Assembly: GCF_009914755.1 (NCBI RefSeq)
Contig: NC_060938.1
Direction: 5' to 3' (one strand)
DNA from: the human T2T-CHM13v2.0 reference genome, Homo sapiens
Length of the DNA: 64,000 bases
Positions 37,200 through 64,000 of the stretch are shown here, in pieces. The position numbers were made by a program, and so were the translations under genes. The notes beneath the pieces were generated by a model. That model was not told the DNA's origin. It saw nothing but the letters and a program-made list of their open reading frames with translations, and made no database searches. Positions within the stretch are counted from its first letter, which is position 1; every line of letters begins with the position of its first letter.

Positions 37200-38000
37200 A
37201 ACCCGGCATGGGGCAGGGGGGTGGGGAGGGAGGAGGGGAGGGGGGCAAGAGCATGCTACTCCCCTCCTCAGCCACCCTCCCTTCCCCAGGCCACAAGCGA
37301 GTTCACGGAATAGGTGTGGGGACAGGGGCCTACGCAGAGAATCATGCATTTTCTCCCACCCACCGAAAGTCTTCGCCGCCCCTGCGCATCCCCCTCCGCC
37401 CCCACCCCTGCCCAGCCCGACCGACCCTACCGCACCTCCGAGCTCTGCCGGCTCCCCGCAGGGCACCCCGAGACGAGAGCTCCTCTCGGATTCGTGCGCC
37501 ATGGTTGTGGGGGAAGTGGAGGGCCAGGTGGGGTGGGAGACAATGGATATTGGGATTGAGGGAGGCGATGGCCGCTGGGTCTGCGGCAGCCTCTGCACCC
37601 AGCGGCCCAGACTGCGGAGATGGAGATCGGCAGCGGCGGGGGCAGGGAGCAGCGGCGGAGGGGGAGGGGAGCGAGGAGGCGGGGAGAAGCTGGAGTGAGA
37701 AAGCGGGGAGAGGGGAGATCTGGGAGGAGCTGATGAGGAGGGGAGTTTATGGGGAGGAGCTGCTGGGGAGGGAGGCGGGAGCTAGAGGAGGCGGGAGAAG
37801 GGAGCGCTAGCGGGGGCGTGGGGGCGGGAGCTCAGAGCTCGGGAGAGTTTCCGGAGGCGCAGTGACAGGTGCTGTGAAGCACTGCGGGGGTCCACCTTTC
37901 CCGGTCCCTGGCCAGCTCCCCCCATCTGCAGATGCCTTTGCCCAGGCCTACCCTCCTCCCCCCGCCCTCCCCTCCTAAGCTCTAGGGGCACAGTGGGAAA
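37200..38000. promoter_or_regulatory. GC/CpG-rich proximal SALL2 promoter (E1A)
   Basis: CpG-rich, purine-skewed sequence with GC boxes (GGGGCGGG, GGGGGCGTGG) upstream of E1A. Confidence 0.75.
37436..37502 (-). CDS. SALL2: SALL2 alternative first exon E1A (coding part)
   Basis: acaaccATGG; MAHESERSSRLGVPCGEPAELG G|gtgcgg; phase 1 fits exon 2, giving 1005 aa. Confidence 0.92.
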
Positions 38001-38961
38001 CGTAGCCCTGCTCAGTGGAGCAAGGCGATAGGCTTCTCTTATTTTTCTTTGGATAAAGGATCCGCTGAGCTTGGAAAAAGTGGATTCCAGAGAGGGTCGT
38101 CTGATCTCCTCAGAGGTCTGAGGGCCAGAAGAAGAGGGGGAGATCAGAACATCCACTCCTCACCAGCACACACACCCCAAAATATTCGAAGTTTTGTCTC
38201 GTCTTTCTCACTTCCATTCCCACCCTACCCCCATCCCTCTCCACAAAAGAAGTTTCTCAGGGTGGGCGGCTGCAAGGTAGAATTTCCCAGGAAGTCATTT
38301 CAGGACTCTCTGCGGAACACTAAGCCCCTTCACTCCCCGCCCCTCCTCCCCCTGAATAATAGCTGAATGCAGGTTACTCCGCAGATCGCCCAGCCTACAC
38401 AACACCTAATTCATAGAGTCCATGCTTATTTAATAAGCCATCTCCTATTTAGTACCCTCTTCCTCCTCTATTCTCCTCTTGCAACATTCCTCACACCGTC
38501 ACTATTAAAGACAGTGGGTTTGGGGAGACGCTAGCCTGCAGAGGCCTACGGAGGCCCACCCAGCTCTAACCTGGGGGGGAGGGGAGCCCTCTTGAAACAA
38601 TGCGGTAGGAACTACCAGGCAGCCCTCAGTGTCTAAAGCCCTTTCAGCCCCAGCCTGATTTGAATGCTTAGAAATAGCTAACACCTGCTCACCATCACAG
38701 AGGCAGCCTCCTATTCAGACAGGATAAGTAAGAATAAAATGCCTCCTGGACCAGGTATTCTGGCATTCTCTTTTTTACCTTGAAATGAGTCTTAAAGTGC
38801 TTCCCACTTCCTAAAATACTTTCTCTTACATGCAGGAAGTGACCACAAGTCCTTGGTTTTGTGGTTTCCCTGGGCATCAGTAAACCTAAATTGTTTTAAT
38901 CCCAGTTCTATTCTTGCCTCACTGATAAAACTGAGACATGGTGGTCAGTCACACCATGTTA

Positions 38962-39560
<599 letters not shown>

Positions 39561-40904
39561 TTAAAGTTTGGGGAGTCCTGAATTTAATCAATGAGATAAT
39601 TTACATTGTCAGTAGCAAAATAATCGAAGTAACCTTAAATACACATATACTAAAATTAGATCTGTTTTCCATGTTGTTTGTTAATCTTATTAATTTCTGA
39701 GGTAAGATATTGGCTAATATCAGCAGCATATTTCAAAGGTAGGAAGTCTTTTATTGCAGTGGGTGGGGGAGCTGAAACAACCTATTTAAAATATTAGTAA
39801 CATCCACTTTACTTCTCAACATAAATTTTGCCTGTGTTTTTAAACTTAAAACAGTTTACTGAATTATGTTTTGAAACTTCAGATAATAAGGCTCTTAGCA
39901 TTGTGAGTCATAATTCTGAAATGGACGGGTTCTGTGCTTCCAGGCCTGGACTTACAAATGAGGGAGGGGGGTTCTATTTCAGTTTATGGCAAGTCACAGT
40001 TTTGTGCAATGTGGTTTATTTTTACAGATAAGGAAACTGAAGCTTGGAGAGGTTAAGTGACTTTTCCAAGTTCACACAGTAATTCAGTGAAGCAAGCATT
40101 CAGAATTTTGACTCCTGTCCAATGCTTTCTCAAGCACATCAACTTTGTATGGCTTCCCTAATGCTAGAGAAAGGGCCCTGTGTGGCTTCTACCTGCCATT
40201 TGCTCCCTGGCCTTAGTCAGGGAGAGGGAATCAGATGGAGGCTTTCTACTGAGCATTTGTTAATTAGCATTGAACATTTGATATCCAGTTGCTGTTTTGT
40301 CAAGTCTTCTGACAAGAAAAGAAATCCTTTTCTTTTCATCTTCTCCTGGGAAACACTGTCCCCTTTCTTGCTCTTTAATGAAATGTGCTTTCTGATGCGT
40401 AATTTGATCTAAGCTCTTCTTTAAGGTAAATTTAGTCCCTGGTGAAAGGTGACTGGATCAACAGCCACCTGTAAGAGGAACCCTCCATTTCTCAGTACTT
40501 TGCACTCACTGCACATCCTGAAAAGGGGGGCAGGATTCTTACACAAACATGAATGAAGTCACAAATGCAGGAATAAACTAAACTGGTAATGGTGTCCCTA
40601 GATAGCAGATAAGGTGAGGTAAGCTATCTCCGGTCAAATGCAAAGTCCGGGGTGGGACTAAGACCTGGACAAGCTTGTTTAAACTTATAGAGAGCTGAAA
40701 TGACAAAGAAAAGGGAAACCAGGTGGCTTCCCTTCTAAATCTAGTGTCCCATCAGATTGCTTCTTTAGGCTTCAGAGAGAACTGTTCGGGAGAACAAAGA
40801 GAAAAATAGGTGAGTTGTATGTAGCAGGGTGATACATTTGAACAGCGGTTTTCAAATTTTGCTGCCCATTAGGATTACCAGAAGAGAGTTTTAAAATTTT
40901 TATG

Positions 40905-44463
<3,559 letters not shown>

Positions 44464-46438
44464 TTAGTTATTATTTGAATGTCAAAAGCTGAATGAAGCC
44501 CTGGGGTAAGAAAGGTCACATGTGCCCAAGGTCACATAGCTTCAAGGTCCACACTAGATTGAAAACCAAGTTTTCTGTTTTCTTATCTAGTACTCTGTAA
44601 CACCAGGACTGAGATACTCTCTATTCCAAAATGTGTTTTTTCTGATCTGGGAATACCTAGGTTGAGTGGCCCAGGGATCAATAACCTGAGAGATGAGGCT
44701 CTTTACTTCCAAATGTAAACAGAGCCCCCAAAACTCTACCTTTGCCTTCTTTCCTCTCTTGCTGTTCTTGCTATCTGCCAACTTCCATCTAAAGTACTCC
44801 CCTCTCTCCCTCTAGATCTGTTTGGCTGCTGTCCTGGTTTCTTCTTCTCACTAAATATCTGGGTTTCTGATTGTTTCCTTTATTTCCCAGATGTACTGGT
44901 TTGCATTTTTCCCCCAGTCACATCCTTTGTGTTCTCTAATCCAGATTTCTAGACTCTGTAGGGGAGAGAGAAGGTTTTTTTTTTTCCTCTCTAGAGTTTT
45001 TAAGTGAATAGAGTATTTCCTGCCCATCACTTATATGCAATAACTGTTCTGTTAGGTTTTGATGCTCTGGTTAGGGAAGCTGAGCAAAAACGGCTGGAAA
45101 ACAGATTTTTCAGACTGTTTCTTGGTGATGTCTTAGGTCACTGCAGAATTTTGGCTTTTAAAATATGTAACAAAGGCTCAGCATTTGCATGTTGTATATG
45201 GCACATATTGCTTACAAGAAGGCAAAAGACTCCTGGAAACATTACTGGCACCCTAGACTACTGACTAAATGTCTTCTGATACTCATGATGATATCCATAA
45301 TTTCACAGGTACACCAAAGGATACATGTGCCCCTAAATAAGAGCCCTTCCTCCCTAACTGTGGAGCATGCTCTGGGGTAGAAGGAAGTCAGATGCCTGAA
45401 GATCACATAAGTGAATAGAAACCCTGTCTATAAAAAATTAGGGAAAAGGAGAGCTCTCATTCTGTTTTGCAGAATGGATGCTGCCCCATTCATGATTAAG
45501 AAAATTTATTAATTTAAAAGAAAACCAGAAAATGTGAAATTTATATATTATAAGCTTATAAGATCCAGGAGGAATTTTAGATATGATCAAATAGAGCCAC
45601 CTCATTTTGCAGATGAGGCCCAATGACATCCAGATCATAAGTAGCCTAGGATCTTTCACTCCAGGGGAATTCTGATGAGAAAATCCTTAGGCTTTCTTAC
45701 GGTAGATCTTAACAGAGGGTGCTACTGCTTCCTTGCTCCTTACATTTGTTCCTGCCTTTCATAGCTCAAAGGCAAATTTTCATCAAAAATTTGTTGATGC
45801 CATTGGGTTTAAACCTTTACTGTTTCTATGGGGATGGCTTTGTAACAGCATTACCATGCCCCCAGGTGGAAGCTATATCTTAAAGGGCTTGAAAATCCAT
45901 TCAAGACAGCCGCTAAAGATAGCTTTTGACTCCCTCACAGAAGATTTTTCCTCAGCTATGATATGGGGAATGGGTGAGCAGATGGGAGAAGTAGGAAGAA
46001 GAGGAGAGAATGCTTCTTGGGGGTTTGGAGGGGTGTTCAGCATAGTTCCACAATCAAACCAGCAGGAGAGCAGAACTGTGAGGCAACTCTGGGGAGGAGT
46101 TGAGCCTCTAGGGGAAGTCTCCTGTAGAGCACAAGCAGGAAACATCCGGCCTATAGCAGCATTAAGAAGGGCTAATGTGTCTCAGGAGGGAAGGATGCCA
46201 TCACCATAGAACCTCTAAATATGGGCACAGTAGGATCCCAGAAAAGCAGTGTTTCGGGGTGGATGCGTTCTGCCCAAAACATGTCTGTTAAGGTTATTTT
46301 GTAGCACATGGAGCGCTGATTTGACCTCAAGTTTTTGTTTTTTAACAGGTGGAAAGGCAAGTTTAATCTACAATTTTAGTCGCCACCAATACACTCTCTT
46401 AGAGCTTTTCATGACACGTCTCATAAAGAAATGCTGAT

Positions 46439-46805
<367 letters not shown>

Positions 46806-46849
46806 TCATACTACAGCACTTGCAGGCAGTGTCACTGCATTCACATATA

Positions 46850-47110
46850 ATGATAATAACGATATTCACACATATTAAGCACTTATTTATGCTAGGTATT
46901 TTTCCAAGGGATTTACACATATTAACTCATTTAGATTTTCACAACAACCTAATGAGGTAGCTAGTATACACATCTTTATTTCACAGATGAGGAAACTGAA
47001 GCATAGAGAGGCAAAATAAACCAGCCAAGGTCACATAGCTAACCAAGTGGTGGAGCTGGGATTTGTCTAAAAGTCTGGTTTCAGAACCCTTGTGCTTAAT
47101 CCTATACTAT
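46850..47110 (-). mobile_element. MIR
   Basis: acagatgaggaaactgaagcatagagag...aaggtcacatagct core. Confidence 0.75.
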
Positions 47111-48039
47111 ACTGTTGGGTGTATCAACTGTATGCTAAACAGTTGCCTGTCTGGAGCCAGGACTTCCAGACTTTCAGTCTGCACATATGGAGCCATACCA
47201 CTGACAAGTATGTCCAAAACTTCTTTGATCCTAAGAATTACCTGGACAATTGCAAAATATATAGATTCCCACACCCTGGCTCAGATGTACTCACAATCAG
47301 GCAAGTTTTTAAAACCCAGGTTTAGTGGAGTGAGCACTACCAGCCAGCCCTGAGCATTAGGAAATTGAAGTTTTTGTCCTGATTTTGCTTCTGTCTCTCA
47401 GACTCTGAGCAATTTCACTCTTCAATTCCCTGCTTGCTCTACTGTCTGCCTGTCACTTAACGGAATGTTACAAGAATACATACAATTTTTCCCCCTCATA
47501 AGGGACACCTGTTGCTTCAAAAACACGGTATCCTCATAAAATGATATGCATGTAGTAACAGGTGTATTTTCTTGCACTTCTTTTGTTTTGTTTTGTTTTT
47601 TGCTTTGCTTTCCTTGAAGCACAAACCTAAGCCCCTCATCCAGACCTAGCCTTCAGCTGTCCTCCAGGTGACACGCATACACACCCCAAACCAGGCTGCA
47701 TTCTGACCGACCTTAGCTCTCTCCCTCTGGGAGCTCTGATCGGCTCTCAGTTCAGCCCAACAATGAGAAACTTTTTTCTCGTCTCCCTCAGGGGAGCCTT
47801 CACGTTTATCCAATTCATTCTCTTGCAACCCAACTCTCCAGAAAGAAAAGGGGGGAAAATCCCACCCCGAAGAGACGGTCTTCAGGTCTGAGGACGTTAC
47901 TTAGCAACGGCACAAAGACCAGTGAGCAAAGGGAGACCTGAGGAGAAAACTCTTGGGTGGGGAGACAGAGCCAGTTTGAAAACTCCATTTCATCCAGAGA
48001 AAAACAAGGAAAACACAAACAGAATCAATCCCAAGTAAC

Positions 48040-48620
48040 AAGCGGGGCTTCTCCCCAGCGCAGGTCATCTCTTACTCCCTGCATCTCAACTCCTTCAAAC
48101 CCCCAGTGACCAAGTCCGCCCCCGCCTGGTTTCGCCCATGGCCCGAGTGCCCTCCCCTTGCCCTGGCCTGACCCACACAGGCTTGGACTTAGGGGCCCCC
48201 ACCCCTCCCCAGGCACCCACCGTTCTCAGACGCGCTGGGACCTTCGCAGTCCGAGATTAACTGTTGGGGTTTCCGCTGCTTTCGCCGAGACATTCCCGGG
48301 TAGAGAGTTGGGAGAGGGAGGGGCAACGCTCACTTGGTCTTAACCGGGGTGACCTGGTCTCGTCTCCCCCTTGGGTCCGAAGCCAATTGATGCCTCTCCC
48401 CCAGCGCAAATCACTGTGAAGCAGAGATGTTCTTCTTTCCCAGAGACACAGACTCTCTCTCTCTCTCTGATTCTCTGTTCTTGACTCTCTCTCTTTCTCT
48501 CTCAATCTTTGCAAGTCTTTAAAGGGGAGACGCCCCCTTTTTTTCTTCAGCTTCTTCCCTACGCTTCTGCAGCTCCCATTGTAAAAGCAAAAATCCTAAT
48601 CTTTCCGCACACTCTTTTCT
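48040..48620. promoter_or_regulatory. Distal SALL2 promoter/5'UTR (E1)
   Basis: Local CpG enrichment, CCAAT at about 48383, (CT)n tracts at 48453-48503 around the E1 5' region. Confidence 0.6.
48221..48293 (-). CDS. SALL2: SALL2 alternative first exon E1 (coding part) with NuRD-recruiting motif
   Basis: MSRRKQRKPQQLISDCEGPSASEN G|gtgggt; 73 nt, phase 1; not in ORF track because it is short. Confidence 0.94.
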
Positions 48621-49176
48621 TTTGTACTGCAGAGGAAAGGATTTAACCCTCTCCTCCCTGCAAGGGCCCTGGGCCTCTCCCTGTGCTGTCTGTTCAGAAA
48701 CTGTCCCTGGCTTGTTTTTCTAACTCTTCTTCCAAGATCTTCACTGTGCTTTTTGGTTCTGTCATATTTCTATGCCCCTCTGATAATGTAGCTGCTTTTA
48801 GGGTATAAACTGAAATAAGAACCTTCTGATATGCCCTGATTATGAGTAATATATGTATAGCTCTTTATAATTTATAGAATATTTTCATTTATAACGTGTT
48901 TTGAATGTTATAACTCTGAGATGAACACAGTAGGCTTTACTACTCCTATTTATAGCTGAGTCCCTTTATAGATGAATCAAAAGGCCCAGTGAGGTTAAGT
49001 AACGTCTCCAAAGTTGCACAGCTGTGATGTATCAGACACAGGCCTGGAATCCAGGTGCATCTGACAGTAGCCTAACATTGTTTCCTCTATATCAGTAAAG
49101 ACACAATATGCCACCAAACTGCTATCATGAAAAACAAAAGTGATTGATCTCAAGGAATCTCATTTAAAATAGCAAT

Positions 49177-49699
<523 letters not shown>

Positions 49700-51551
49700 T
49701 CATTTATTTTTAACTTCTGGCTGTGATGTTCCTACCTATATTTGAGTACTACTGAGCTACTGGGCATAGAATATTCTGGATATGCCCTGTCTTCTGGCAA
49801 TAATGCCTGGGCCCCTTTCTTTTAGCATGATTTCTGTTTTATTCTTCTGGCTGAGATAGCATCTGAAACACCATCAGTTGGAAAAGTGGGAAGTATTTTC
49901 CCCTTTTAGGATTAGTAATGTAAATCTCTGATGGCTTTATCTTCAGAGAAAAGCAAAAGAAAGCTCACTCACAGGTTTGGGTGCAAATTTGAAGGTTTTT
50001 GCATTTCTTCCCTTACACAATTTCAAGCTAGTTTGGCAATACCAAGAAAGGAAAAGGGAGACAGCAGATGGCAGGGGTGCTGCTAGTGATAATTGAAGCA
50101 GGTATCCACATTACATCTGAAGAGTTTTGGAAAATGCTCTCATCTTTGCTTTGGAGTTCACTGAATCTCCATTTTTTTTTCCAGTCCTTTGGTGTCAGGG
50201 CCCTGGGTGGCTTTCTCAAGTCTACCCTTGGAACTCTTGTTGCTGACATTATGTAATTCATCCTATTAACTCCCCTGTGGTAGACAGGTGCCATTATTTA
50301 TTACTAGACCATTGTAGGAGAAATAGGGGTACTGAGCCTAGGAAAGCTTCTGATTCCTCCGTGGAATAGACTGAGTCCTGTCATCCTCTCACCCCACTGT
50401 TTCCATCATTTATTTCCTTCCAGGAAGGGAAAGGAGAGAAGGAAAATAGCTTTCTGTTTTTCTCAGGAGTCTGAAATCTCCAAGGGAGCAGATTTCAGGG
50501 TCCACATTTGTCTTTTTTCCTGAATCTTGGCTGTCTTCATCTTTTCCTATTTTTCCCCCTCCTTCTTGTGGGTCTTATTGTGAAAGGAAGGACTCTTTCC
50601 CCTCCTCTTCTTTCTTCCTCCCTACCCAGTTTACCATTTTTTTTCCTTTTACCTCTCCACTGTGGCCTCTTGACCTCCCCACAGAGTTACAAAAGTAAAA
50701 TCCTTGAAGAGATGCTGCTGTGGGAATGTTAATGAGCCTTCCCCACAAAGGGGCAAAGACTTTACTTCACTGAGTTGGAAAAAAGCCCCTTTGAAAAGGG
50801 GTTTCTGTGTGTGGTGAAGTGGAGAGGGGAGGGGAAGGAGAGGGATAGAGGCAAAAGAAGGGAGGGAGAGAAAAAGAGCAAGAGAATGAAAGGAGACAGA
50901 GAAATAGAAGAGAGACACTCAAACTTCATACTAGAAGAGAATATTAAAAATAACAACACCACTTTTCTTTTTTCAATTTGTCATCTAATTTTTGGGAAAT
51001 GTTCCTTGGTCTTTTGACCTTGTAAACTCAGGGCTTACATTCCCAAGAAGCTGAAGAGGGACTCGAGAGCATGGGAGATAATAAACGATAGGAAGAAGGG
51101 ACTTATCTTGGCACCCCACCCCCAGTCTCTTCCCATATACGAGAGCCAGAGCTAGAGAGGCTCTAGGGTGGTTGGGAGGGGTGTGTAATATTCTGGATTG
51201 GGGGAACTGGTGGTGAAGATGGGCTCTTTTTTCTGGATTTGTGGTTGATTCTTATGATATTTTCTAATTTTATCAACATTTCTTATTTTGGCTTCCCTAT
51301 TGGATGTTGGTCTAATAATTTATCTATCTTCAGGAATCGTTTACAGCATTGTTGAGGTGTTTTCGTCAAGGAGCCAATTTTCAAGCCAGGCCACTTGTGC
51401 ATAATCTCTCTTTCCTTCATTTGTGTGCACAGGTTGCCTCTGGATTAGTTAAAATGAATGTTAAGGTATTTGGGTGTCAAAATTAAATCCTTAAAAAAAT
51501 ATATATATGTTTTTGCTTTTTATTTTTTTACCCTCATCTTCTTCTATGTGA

Positions 51552-54128
<2,577 letters not shown>

Positions 54129-55634
54129 CTAGGGGGTTTTTCCCTAAAAATAAAATGGTAGTCATGAGGGAGTCCGGAAAACTTTTTGCCATTTCATTCA
54201 ATGCCTTTTCTCTCAGGAAAACACTCTGCTCTTATTCTTCTTTTTCTAGTTTGTTTTCAGAAATGGAGGTATTGTGGAGGCATTTTCTCTACCTTCTGAA
54301 GCGTTAGAATCCTATGATCTCATGACTTGATTTAATTGCAAGAGAAATGAACTAGGAATCTAGAAACACATGTACTGTTTCGGTTGATAATAATCATAGC
54401 TGTGGTGCATTCTGTGCACCCTGCCCTTTGAACACATAATCTCATTAAATCTTTAAAATAATTTTGCAAAGGGAGCATTATATAGTCCCCATCTCATGCA
54501 TGGAGAACACCCCAATTTACAAATAAGGAAACTGAGGCTTAGAGAGGCCATATAGCTTAATAGCTCAAGGTCTTGTAGCTGATAAAGAGCAGGGTTGAAA
54601 TTTGTGCAAGCAATGCCTGATTGGACAGCCTATGTTTTTTTCACACAATTTAATACTTTATTGCCATCTGGTGATTTCTGCTTCTGTTATGGGCCTTGCC
54701 TTCTGGCTGCAGACCTGGAGGATAACTTAAAATTACAAATTGCAAAGAAAATTTGAAGATCTACAAAGTCAACATTTATTAAAATTATGGATCTTATAAT
54801 AACATATACTGTCACATGTTCTTTGTCTTGCTAGCATTAAGGAAGTGAGAGAATACAGAGTTAGGGTAAAGCGCCCTTTGCAAAACTTTCCTAAATAAGA
54901 AAGCCTTGGCAAACAACCTCTGGTCTTATTAGATGATTTCCGCCTAACCTCTTTCAGGTGGTAGTTGCCATGGTGTTTTAGGGGAAGAGGGAGGGAGTGA
55001 AGATCAAGGAGGGTCATTCAGACTGAGTGTTGTCTGGTGTTTCTTTTCAGAGTTCATTCAGCAGAAGATGGAAGGAATTTAAACGTTCAGAGGAGGAATG
55101 ATAGACTTTATTCTTTTTGCTTTTCTTCATTTTTCCACTTCTCATTCCTCATGTTAAATATAAGGGAATTGGGAGAATGTAAAGAGGACAAGGTAGTCGG
55201 ACAGGAAAGGGAGGTTGTGGGGGAAGGGCCAAGAGCCTAGCAGCCAGCGGAGAGAAGGATAGGGTGGTGGCAGGGAGTTGGCGGGGAGAGAGAGAGTGCT
55301 TTCGAGGGATAAATTATAAGGATATTTGTTAAAGTTCTGGGGATCCTAAGGTTGGCCATTAGAAAAAAAAAATCCTCAGAGGGTGGGGATAAAGTAGAAA
55401 CCATAGCATGAGGAGAGAGGACAATAAGAAAGGCAAAAAACCACAAAAAGATAAACAGAGCAATCAAAAAGGAAAACAAATCAATGATGGGAAAGAAAGA
55501 GTTAAATGGCAGAGGCAAGTCTTTGGAGGAACTGGAACATACGGGTTGAAGTATGACAGAGAATATGAATAATTGATAACTTATAATAGAAATGTGGTCA
55601 GAGCATCCAGGAGAAACATTTAAGAAGAGAAACA

Positions 55635-57145
<1,511 letters not shown>

Positions 57146-57208
57146 GGACTTCATTCTTTTGGTGATATCTCTTTGTGATTTTTATTGGCACGGTCCGGTA
57201 AAGTTAAG

Positions 57209-59980
<2,772 letters not shown>

Positions 59981-59984
59981 GTAA

Positions 59985-63943
<3,959 letters not shown>

Positions 63944-64000
63944 TCAATCTGCATTGATGGAATTAGACCCAATGATTTTCTTACCCAGCTTTAACAGTTT

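Noticed and set aside
37095-37810. 167-207 aa ORFs at the E1A promoter
   Set aside because: Low-complexity and stop-poor GC-rich sequence; only the MAHESER...ELG segment is a real exon.
45733-46209. 158-aa ORF in SALL2 intron
   Set aside because: Non-ATG start, no recognisable domain, antisense to the host gene.
50028-50294. 88-aa ATG ORF on - upstream of SALL2 E1
   Set aside because: No recognisable homology or splice structure; length is compatible with chance.

Overview
Human (primate) genomic DNA, very Alu-rich, recognisable as the TOX4-METTL3-SALL2 locus (14q11.2, from gene recognition). It contains: (1) the last six coding exons and 3'UTR of TOX4 (+); (2) the complete 11-exon METTL3 gene (-), whose exons reconstruct to a 1743-nt ORF (580 aa) with GT-AG junctions and which converges on and probably overlaps the TOX4 3' end; (3) SALL2 (-) with two alternative first exons (E1 at 48.2 kb with the NuRD-binding MSRRKQ motif, E1A at 37.5 kb) spliced to one large exon 2 (1007/1005 aa). 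The rest is Alu, MIR, L1/L2, MaLR (a THE1 provirus), MER20 and Tigger3 sequence. Most notable: the SALL2 '3'UTR' contains a hidden exon resembling the last coding exon of SALL1/3/4, in which the conserved W of FWNQY is a TAG that also looks like a second splice acceptor, making the exon readable in two frames; and TOX4/METTL3 share dual-use 3'-processing sequences. Most short ORFs in the supplied track are Alu or antisense artefacts. Repeat boundaries and subfamilies were judged by eye and are approximate.
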